Shown: positions 17,783-24,982 of the stretch, one piece after another | Position numbering within the stretch: position 1 is the stretch's first letter | Layout of the letters: the number at the start of each line of letters is the position of its first letter | Virus record (IMG/VR): IMGVR_UViG_3300031565_000009 | Direction: 5' to 3' (one strand) | DNA from: a virus | Lineage: Duplodnaviria; Heunggongvirae; Uroviricota; Caudoviricetes | DNA: 64,000 nucleotides | Notes under the pieces: model-generated | The model's input: only the letters and a program-made list of their open reading frames with translations | Database searches by the model: none | What the model was told of the DNA's origin: nothing | Position numbers and translations under genes: made by a program

Positions 17783-18497
17783 TAGCCACCTCCTCGCAGC
17801 GGGCATCCGCCGACAAGGCGTCTGCCTCAATAGCCTCGCAGCCGGTGAAACGGCGGCCCAACTTCAAGGCCATAATCCCCGTTGTGCCATAGCCGCAAAA
17901 TGGGTCTGCCACCATGTCGTTAGGATTCGAGTGTGCCTGAATCAGGCGGGCCACCAGCGGCTCAGGCTTCTGGCAGTACCGTTTCGGCCGGAACAATTCC
18001 GTAATGTCGGTCCAGACGTTTGTGACCCGCTTGTACTCGGACTTCGCCGGATACTTCGGATTCATGGAAGGACAGGTTCGCTTCTCTCCCAGGTACGGAA
18101 TGTTGAAGGTGAACTCGTCAGAACAGGTGAGCCAGATCATCTCCTCGCGGGTGAAAAGATAGTCACGCTTCTTTCCATAGGCCCGGCGCTTGCCCCAAGT
18201 GATCCAGTTGCGATAGATGTAGGTTCCCTCCAGCCGTTCAATCAACTTGAATAGCGGATGCTGACCGTGGCGGCCGATGCCGCCGAAAAAGACCAGGGAC
18301 CCCGTTGTCTTCAGTTTCGGGCGGGCCGCCTCGAAGATGCCCGCCAACCAGGCAACAAAATCGTCTAGGCTAGACCACTGGTTGTCCCAAGAGTCCTTAA
18401 CAATGCCATAGTAAGGCGGGTCCGTCAGCAGAAGGTCCACTGACTGATCGGGTAGCCCATTACAGAACGCAAGCGCATCGGTAGCATGGACGTGCAT
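17772..18497 (-). CDS. N6/N4 DNA methyltransferase (beta-class, DPPY before FxGxG)
   Basis: LLLTDPPYYGIV, then DPFCGYGTTG. Confidence 0.7.
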   Translation of the reverse strand: MHVHATDALAFCNGLPDQSVDLLLTDPPYYGIVKDSWDNQWSSLDDFVAWLAGIFEAARPKLKTTGSLVFFGGIGRHGQHPLFKLIERLEGTYIYRNWITWGKRRAYGKKRDYLFTREEMIWLTCSDEFTFNIPYLGEKRTCPSMNPKYPAKSEYKRVTNVWTDITELFRPKRYCQKPEPLVARLIQAHSNPNDMVADPFCGYGTTGIMALKLGRRFTGCEAIEADALSADARCEEVANVL

Positions 18498-18560
18498 GGG
18501 ATTCCCTAAAGAAGAGCCAGGTGGCGCTGCCCCGACGCCACCTGGCCAGTGAATCGCCGA

Positions 18561-19634
18561 TCAGGTGGTATGAAGAACACGGAAGGGGCGCACGATCTCC
18601 CCCATGTCGCTTTCAGCCGGAATCTGCGCAGGCAGTGGGATGCCGATACTGGGACTCGGCCCTTCGATGCGGGGCTCTTCATCGCCCGGCTCTTCGGGCA
18701 CTACGATAGGCTCTTCATCGCCCGGCTCTTCGGGCACTACGATAGGCTCTTCATCGCCCGGCTCTTCGGGCACTACGATAGGCTCTTCATCGCCCGGCTC
18801 TTCGGGCACTACGATAGGCTCTTCATCGCCTGGACCAATGGAGATGATGATCTGCATCGGGTTTTGGTAGTCCGTCGCCGTGCCATCATCCACAGGCAGT
18901 TTGGCTCGCGCTTCCTCATTCGGCATGGAAACACTTAGGTCCAAAGCCCACAAGACGCCCATCTTCTTAGCCCAAGGGATAATCCGTCGCATGGGAATGA
19001 TGAAGTTCAGTCCAGGACCAACGCCACGGGTCAACAGACCGATGCACTCATGTGTCTCGTCGAGGTAGACACCGCCGCCGGATGATCCGGGATAGCCCAT
19101 GCAGCTTGTCTGGTCGAAGACCTTGCCCATAATGTCCCGTTCGGTCTGTGACAGAACGCCAAAACTCAGCGAATCATAGAGGCCCATAGTGCAGCCGACG
19201 TGAACCAGCTTCACGCCGATTTCAGGGATTTCGTCCTTCAAGTAGAACTTCGCCGAACGAATGACAGGTGCCCAATTGTCCTGCAAAATCTCCAACAGCG
19301 CCAGGTCTTCGCCGCTGTCCGGGGCGCTGTAGGCAATCACCTTGGCCTCAATCCGGCCGGAGCCAATCAGGCGGCCTTTGTCGCGATACTCGAAATAGAT
19401 GATCGAATTGTCGAACTTGCCGTCGTGACGAAGCGATTCGACAACATGCCCGGCCGTCCAGACAAAGGTGCGGGTCCGCTCGCCGTCGGCGCGTGTCACC
19501 AGCACACCGGTGCCACAGCCACGGCCGATCTCCACGCGCACACTCACACTCAGCAGATCATCGTACTTGCCCGCAAGGGCGTCCGACGCCAGTACCAACA
19601 CGGCAACTAGCGAGAAAATCAGTGCTCGAATCAC
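18561..19634 (-). CDS. secreted trypsin-like (S1) serine protease with C-terminal acidic Pro-rich repeats
   Basis: Signal peptide MIRALIFSLVAVLVLASDALA. TAGHVV supplies His and GYPGSSGGGVY the Ser motif. PGDEEPIVVPEE is repeated five times. Confidence 0.55.
   Translation of the reverse strand: MIRALIFSLVAVLVLASDALAGKYDDLLSVSVRVEIGRGCGTGVLVTRADGERTRTFVWTAGHVVESLRHDGKFDNSIIYFEYRDKGRLIGSGRIEAKVIAYSAPDSGEDLALLEILQDNWAPVIRSAKFYLKDEIPEIGVKLVHVGCTMGLYDSLSFGVLSQTERDIMGKVFDQTSCMGYPGSSGGGVYLDETHECIGLLTRGVGPGLNFIIPMRRIIPWAKKMGVLWALDLSVSMPNEEARAKLPVDDGTATDYQNPMQIIISIGPGDEEPIVVPEEPGDEEPIVVPEEPGDEEPIVVPEEPGDEEPIVVPEEPGDEEPRIEGPSPSIGIPLPAQIPAESDMGEIVRPFRVLHTT
18675..18840. repeat. 36-bp tandem repeat, ~4.6 copies
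   Basis: ctcttcatcgcccggctcttcgggcactacgatagg iterated. It encodes the PGDEEPIVVPEE repeat. Confidence 0.85.
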
Positions 19635-19732
19635 GGTTGTCTCTCCAGGTGTTAGGGAATGGTGTTAGGGAATGGTGAAGGTCAAATTGGTAGACTGCTA
19701 CTTCACATGACAATCGGTGGGTGCCGTAGGTA

Positions 19733-21721
19733 TTAAACCGCTTCCTCCTCGATCTGAAGCCCATCATCCGTGCCCTTGGGCTCGTCCCACTTCACGCCAC
19801 CCATGATTTCGCCCATCGTCATTAGCTCCAGCTTGCGATTGGCGCAGATGATCTCGATCACCCGCTCGTCGCTCGGTAAATGAATCAGGTCCACGATGAC
19901 ACAGCCGAGGTTTTCATCCATGCCCTTACGGTGGATTCGGTCTTCACTTTGGATGCGGTACTCGGGCTTATGACTGTTGGACCAGTAGACCGCCATGCGG
20001 GACTCAACAAGCGTTAGGCTCATACCCCCGGACTCGGGATGGGCGACAAAGGCGACACGCGGATGCTTCTCCATGTCGGCCCAGTAGTCCAGCGGCTCCT
20101 CGCCCGTGACAACGGCACCCTCATGGGTGGTGACCTTGAAGCCACGGCCGTCGCACCGCACCACGTCCCATCCCTGGCTCTGGCACAGTTTCGTCACGCG
20201 ATCCACGCTGCCGGTGAAGCTGGCAAAGATCACGATGCGGCCGACTTCCTCGCACTCCTCCAGGAGCAGCATCAGAGCGGCATCCTTGGGGCACGGCACC
20301 TCACGGGTTTCGCGCACGTACTTGGGCACCTCGCGACTGCCACCGCACAGCGGACAGACGGCCTCGCGCTCGACCAGCCGTTCCTTCGTCTCGGGATCGA
20401 GCAGGTCGATCACCTCGTAGGTCTTCTCTTCATCCAGCGGGTCAACCCATTCGCGGACCTTGCCCTTGATACAGTGCTTGCAGCGGGTGGTGCCGTCCTT
20501 GATCTCGCGATACTGGAAGCCGTCGCTCAATTCCCGCAGCAGGGTCATACCCGTGATGGTGTTCTGGGCCGACTGCACAACCACCTGGGCCACCCGCAGG
20601 GTGCTCGGCGTCGGCTTGCAAAAGACCTTGCGATACCGCTTGTCCGGCAGGTTGAGGCAATCCTTCTTGTGCTTGATGATGGCGAGGCCCTTCAGGCGCT
20701 CGTACATGAAGGCAACCTCGTTCTTCGAGGGCTGGTAGACGTGGAAGTCATCAGGGTCTTCACACAACTCCGAGTGGCAGTCGTCGTCTTCCCACCCTCC
20801 GCAGATTTCGCACTTTGCCTCGTTGTCCTTCCAGCCGATCCGCTTGTTGAAGGCGACTCCACTGTCAAATTCCTGCTTGACCATGAAGGCCAGCCGTTGC
20901 TCCAGCGCTCGTGGACTTCCTTCCTTGAGAAAGCCCGGCCAAACGATCTCGCACTGCGCCCACCAGTCGATAGGCGACTTGGGGCTCGGCGTGCCGGACA
21001 TGAGGATCACGTAGCCCTCGTGCCCGTACTTCTCGCGGATCAGGTCGGCCAACATCTGCGCGGCCTTCGTCCGCTGCGCGGTCGCCGTCTTCAGTCTCGA
21101 CGACTCGTCACAGATCACGCCCCGCACAACCGGAGTGCCCGGGGTCCATTCATCCATCCGGCGGACCAGACCCTCGTAGGTCATAAACTCGACATTGAAG
21201 GCGCTGGCGGGGAAGTTCCACTTGCGGAACTCCCGCTTGATGTTCGGGATGCTCGTCTTCGGGCCGACCCACCACCACGTCGGGATGCCGGAGCGCTCGA
21301 TCACCTCCTGGGCCGCCAGCGTCTTGCCTGTGCCCATTTCGGCAGCAAATATCTGATAGTGGTAGGTGAGGCCCGCGTCCGACAGGTCACACTGGTGTGC
21401 CATCAGCGGGCGCTCATACTTGCGTTGCACAACCGGCCGGTCAAACCAGGCGTAGACGTTCTCGCCCATGAGATAGCCGAGACTGAAGCTGTTCCGCTGA
21501 CAGTCTTCGATGGACCAAATCTTCTTCGGGTTCGGCTCCTCGAATCCGTGCCACTTCGAGCCCTTCATGCTCTTGATTTCATCCTTCAGAGCGAAAGGAC
21601 TCTTGAGGAAAAAGATGCGCCCGTCCTTTCGCTCGATCAAGGCCGTGGACTGGACCAAGGTGCCCTTGGGGGTTCGGTGTCGCAGCTTGACTTGTTTGAT
21701 CTCAGGCATCGAAACTCTCAA
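19733..21721 (-). CDS. SNF2-family helicase
   Basis: Motif I AEMGTGKT, motif II ICDESSRLK, motif VI QSEDRIHRKGM. Zn-ribbon inserts CEICGG...CHSELC and CKHC...CPLCGG. Confidence 0.65.
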   Translation of the reverse strand: MRVSMPEIKQVKLRHRTPKGTLVQSTALIERKDGRIFFLKSPFALKDEIKSMKGSKWHGFEEPNPKKIWSIEDCQRNSFSLGYLMGENVYAWFDRPVVQRKYERPLMAHQCDLSDAGLTYHYQIFAAEMGTGKTLAAQEVIERSGIPTWWWVGPKTSIPNIKREFRKWNFPASAFNVEFMTYEGLVRRMDEWTPGTPVVRGVICDESSRLKTATAQRTKAAQMLADLIREKYGHEGYVILMSGTPSPKSPIDWWAQCEIVWPGFLKEGSPRALEQRLAFMVKQEFDSGVAFNKRIGWKDNEAKCEICGGWEDDDCHSELCEDPDDFHVYQPSKNEVAFMYERLKGLAIIKHKKDCLNLPDKRYRKVFCKPTPSTLRVAQVVVQSAQNTITGMTLLRELSDGFQYREIKDGTTRCKHCIKGKVREWVDPLDEEKTYEVIDLLDPETKERLVEREAVCPLCGGSREVPKYVRETREVPCPKDAALMLLLEECEEVGRIVIFASFTGSVDRVTKLCQSQGWDVVRCDGRGFKVTTHEGAVVTGEEPLDYWADMEKHPRVAFVAHPESGGMSLTLVESRMAVYWSNSHKPEYRIQSEDRIHRKGMDENLGCVIVDLIHLPSDERVIEIICANRKLELMTMGEIMGGVKWDEPKGTDDGLQIEEEAV

Positions 21722-21888
21722 TCACAGTGGCAGCATAGTGGAGGGATTCAGCATTACGATGGGGTGAAACAGTGAGACCTTGGCCGCGAAGCCCAGGGCT
21801 TCAAGGTATTTCCGCTCCATTGCGTCGGCCTTCGACCAAAGGCCCGCTGCAATCGCGACAGCACACTGTTTACACGGTGCATCGTCCA

Positions 21889-22119
21889 TCAGATCACGCC
21901 GAACAGCTTCAAGAGTCCGAGAATCACGCCGCCGATCACACTGACTGTCAGGGCCGTGACGACCAAACCGATGACGAGATTGACGAGAAGAATCTTCCAG
22001 TAGGTCCGTTTGACGTGGTGCATCACCTTGCCGAAGTGATCGGCAGCATTGGTGGCCCCATCAAACGAGACACGAAGAGACTCAAAGGATTCAAGCAGGT
22101 CTTTACCAGTGCGGTTCAT
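21889..22119 (-). CDS. small tail-anchored membrane protein
   Basis: C-terminal TM segment LLVNLVIGLVVTALTVSVIGGVILGLL. Confidence 0.3.
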   Translation of the reverse strand: MNRTGKDLLESFESLRVSFDGATNAADHFGKVMHHVKRTYWKILLVNLVIGLVVTALTVSVIGGVILGLLKLFGVI

Positions 22120-22649
22120 CGTTTTCTCTTGTCTTCGAGGAGGAAGGTTACGTGGTCCGGGGCGTCACGCATGTTGAAGTCTGCCCATACGTCCAGCCCC
22201 TCAGCGGAGAACAGGTGGTGAATCTTGTTGAAGCAGTGGCGAACGCTTGCCTCGACTTCGAGCGACGACCCCGACTTGACGGCATCACGCCATTGACCCA
22301 GGGTGCCCGAGACCACGGCTACCTGGACGCCGCGAGCCAGCGTGTCGGCCGTGACAAACGGCATCCCCGCGCAGCACTCCAGGATGTCGAGCATGTCCCG
22401 CTCGTCCGCCACGATCAGGGCCGAAAACGAGACGTGCGTGAGCAACTTGGGCGGCAGGCCAACAGAAGCCTTCTGATCGCGCAGGGCCGCCAGGCAGCTT
22501 AGGAACCGCTCGGCATCTGCAAGATCGCGGGGCGACTGATCCGAGGCGGCGCATAAGCTGTAGCCAAGCACCTCGTAGCTCACGCCGAGGAACCTTTGGA
22601 AGTCAATCGCCGGGCGGTTGATAAGCAAGACCTCAGGATTCATCATCAC
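22116..22649 (-). CDS. hypothetical protein
   Basis: 177-aa ORF, the first gene downstream of promoter-like element 5. Confidence 0.3.
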   Translation of the reverse strand: MMMNPEVLLINRPAIDFQRFLGVSYEVLGYSLCAASDQSPRDLADAERFLSCLAALRDQKASVGLPPKLLTHVSFSALIVADERDMLDILECCAGMPFVTADTLARGVQVAVVSGTLGQWRDAVKSGSSLEVEASVRHCFNKIHHLFSAEGLDVWADFNMRDAPDHVTFLLEDKRKR

Positions 22650-22829
22650 TCACTTGGGAGAAGAGACGCCGCCAGGTGTCGAACCTGGAATCGCGGACGC
22701 TAGCCCACGAGTCTTCACTGCCGCCCTCGAAGGGCCGAATTGTGTGCTCGTCTAGCTCGGCGTGGCCCCGGGCCACGGCGTCAGAGAACGCCCGCCCGAA
22801 GCATCAAAGCGTTGGGCGGGCGGATTGTG

Positions 22830-22878
22830 CTCTATAAGAGTCGGGGTCAAAAATGCCCTGGAAGGGTCACACTTTTTC
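22830..22878 (-). promoter_or_regulatory. phage promoter-like element copy 5
   Basis: Plus strand reads ctctataagagtcggggtcaaaaatgccctggaagggtcaca. A GC hairpin in the 5' leader follows, at 22788-22822. Confidence 0.55.
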
Positions 22879-23671
22879 AGCGAGCCCGCCCCGAACCGTC
22901 TTCCTGGACCTTCTCGACGCCATCGGTCTTGATGGTCAGAAACTTCTGAATCTCGCGGACGATGGCCTCGGGCTTCGGCAGCTTTGTGAACGGCTGCCCG
23001 CACTTCGTCGTGACGGGAACGTGCCAGGAATACGATCCCTTCTCAACCAGCTTGCTCTTCAGGGTCATGGAGATCGGGCCGTGCGCCTGAAGCCCCGTCA
23101 CGTCGCCACGCTCGGCCATCGCGTCGATGGCAGCCTGGGTGAGCGGAAGAAACGAGAAAATCCGTTTCGCCTCAGCGCGGTTCGACTTCGTGCCGCAGAA
23201 GAACTCCAGGAAACGGCCGGTGCTCTTCTCGTAGACGAGGAAGCTGGGGCCGTACATGCAGTGCGATTCCTTCTCGCCTGCCTGCACCTGGATGCGCTGG
23301 AACTCCGCGCTCTTCACGTCGTAGACGGCGATCACGGCGTCGGTATCGCTCATGTCGAGCGCCTTCGGCCGGCGGGCCAGCACGAGCAGGTCGATGCTGT
23401 CACCCAGGTCGATCACTTCCTCGCCTTCGGGGATGCCGTAGTGGCCGGGGCGGACAAGACCGCGATTGACAGCCTTGCCCTTCGTGTAGAGTTGCAGCCG
23501 CCCGAGAAAGTCGGACGACTTGGCGATCTCGGCGAAGTCCTCGTCGGTGCCGATCTGCACGGAGGGAAGCTGGTCCAGGTTGACGACAACGAGAGCGGTT
23601 TCAGGGGTCTCGGGATTCTTGGTCCCGGGGTTCTTGGTCTCGGGGTTCTTGGCGGTTTGCTTCTTGGCCAT
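22877..23671 (-). CDS. hypothetical protein (Lys/Pro-rich N-terminus)
   Basis: 264-aa ORF adjacent to the ParB-like gene. No motif recognised. Confidence 0.3.
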   Translation of the reverse strand: MAKKQTAKNPETKNPGTKNPETPETALVVVNLDQLPSVQIGTDEDFAEIAKSSDFLGRLQLYTKGKAVNRGLVRPGHYGIPEGEEVIDLGDSIDLLVLARRPKALDMSDTDAVIAVYDVKSAEFQRIQVQAGEKESHCMYGPSFLVYEKSTGRFLEFFCGTKSNRAEAKRIFSFLPLTQAAIDAMAERGDVTGLQAHGPISMTLKSKLVEKGSYSWHVPVTTKCGQPFTKLPKPEAIVREIQKFLTIKTDGVEKVQEDGSGRAR

Positions 23672-23763
23672 AGATGCCTCACACAGGAGTAGAAGTGAAA
23701 ATGGGAACAGAAGTAGAAACAGTCACAGATACGAAGCCTCTGAGCAGGCGGTGTGACAAGAAC

Positions 23764-24699
23764 TCAGGCTTCATCAGGTGGCTTAAACAGCTTCGTCTGC
23801 ATCCGCCTCAATGCAGCCTCGCGCTGCTGCTCGACGCTTTCCTTGTCGAGGTGCAGCGCCCATTGCAGTGCGAGATACCAGCCGTCCACGGGCGTCTTGC
23901 AGCCGGCAGCCGTTATGAGCAACGCGCCAGAATGGCGGTTATTCAATTCATCCTCCAACTCGCGGACTTTCCTCGCGTAGGCCACGACCTGGAAGTCATC
24001 TCCGAACATGGCTTCCAGCTTCCCCTGCCGCACCGCCTCCATGAACTGCTTGATGAACGCCGCCGCAATGCGGCGGAACTCACTGGCGGGCAGGGTCTTC
24101 GCCTGGTCCACGAACTGGCGGCGGAACCGGCCGGGAATCTTCGCCAGCATGTAGGCCGAGGTGATCGGTATCTCGCTCCGATCCACGGCCTTCTGCTGCT
24201 CTTCGGACAATCTCAGGAGCCCCAGCATGTCCCGCAGCCACGACGGCCGCTTCTTGACGATCTGGGACAACTCGGCCAGCGTCATGTCCCTGCCATCTAT
24301 AGCGCCATCTAGTGTGCGGCGGTGGGCCATGATCCTTTTCAACTGGCGGGCGAACTCGATTGGCGTTGTCTCCGGGCGAACGGCATTGGCCTGAATTTGC
24401 AACGCCAGCACGTCGTCATCCGTGAGATGGTGCTTGACGACACACGGGATCGAAGATCGCCGCAGGTCGCGGGCGACATGATAGCGGTAGTTGCCGTCCA
24501 CCGGCTCGTACTTTCCCGGCGCGTGCGGCGCGGGACGAACACAGATGGAGTTGAGGAAACCGTGCTCCGCAACCGAGTCCCGCAGTTCCAAGTAGTCGGC
24601 CGAGACCTTGTTTACTACCCGCAGCAGCAGCCGAGGCTCGACAATCTCGTCGGTCGGGATGTCGCGGAACTCGTCTTGCATTCCCCCTCCTGTTGTCAC
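23764..24699 (-). CDS. ParB-like nuclease domain protein
   Basis: YEPVDGNYRYHVARDL resembles the ParB N-terminal DGhHR motif. Confidence 0.45.
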   Translation of the reverse strand: MTTGGGMQDEFRDIPTDEIVEPRLLLRVVNKVSADYLELRDSVAEHGFLNSICVRPAPHAPGKYEPVDGNYRYHVARDLRRSSIPCVVKHHLTDDDVLALQIQANAVRPETTPIEFARQLKRIMAHRRTLDGAIDGRDMTLAELSQIVKKRPSWLRDMLGLLRLSEEQQKAVDRSEIPITSAYMLAKIPGRFRRQFVDQAKTLPASEFRRIAAAFIKQFMEAVRQGKLEAMFGDDFQVVAYARKVRELEDELNNRHSGALLITAAGCKTPVDGWYLALQWALHLDKESVEQQREAALRRMQTKLFKPPDEA

Positions 24700-24768
24700 G
24701 TTCGGATCGCACTCCCTGCTGTCACCCTGCTGTCACGTTCAAAGGCAATAATCGCCTTCACAACTACA

Positions 24769-24907
24769 ACGGATGAGCAAAGCGCCGTGTTTTTGCCAAC
24801 AATCCCGCGCGAATCTCGAAATTGCGCCGGGCGGCACAGGGCGGCGCAAAGCAGAAGAGAATCCCGCGAGATTTTTGGCAATTTCGAGGGCAAATGCTCA
24901 TCCGTTA
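24769..24907. promoter_or_regulatory. divergent control region with nested palindromes and direct repeats
   Basis: Perfect 12-bp inverted repeat AACGGATGAGCA (24769) / TGCTCATCCGTT (24896). Inner repeats AATCCCGCG and CTCGAAATTGC / GCAATTTCGAG. Upstream direct repeats CTG(T/C)TGTCAC at 24710-24740. Confidence 0.45.
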
Positions 24908-24930
24908 TGGAAGAGCGCTGCTTCTTCGCG

Positions 24931-24955
24931 CCGACTCTTACACGACTGCCGCCAG
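24931..24955 (+). promoter_or_regulatory. degenerate copy of the phage promoter core (GCCGACTCTTACACGAC) upstream of the primase-helicase gene
   Basis: Shares CCGACTCTTA with the six full elements. It faces the downstream rightward operon. Confidence 0.3.
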
Positions 24956-24982
24956 TAAGGGCGTTTACACGCTCTTCATCTC

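Noticed and set aside
18675-18840. 36-bp tandem repeats considered as a CRISPR array; the same question was asked of the 18-bp array at 55660-55860
   Set aside because: The repeats are contiguous with no spacers, they lie in-frame inside coding sequences, and no cas genes are present.
20039-21775. 578-aa plus-strand ORF antisense to the SNF2 helicase. Similar long antisense ORFs occur at 40421-42376 (tape measure), 47614-49347 (capsid) and 32599-33912 (tail fiber).
   Set aside because: High GC content removes stop codons from off frames. The compositions are Arg/Leu/Gly-rich with no motifs, and these ORFs sit fully inside confidently assigned genes.
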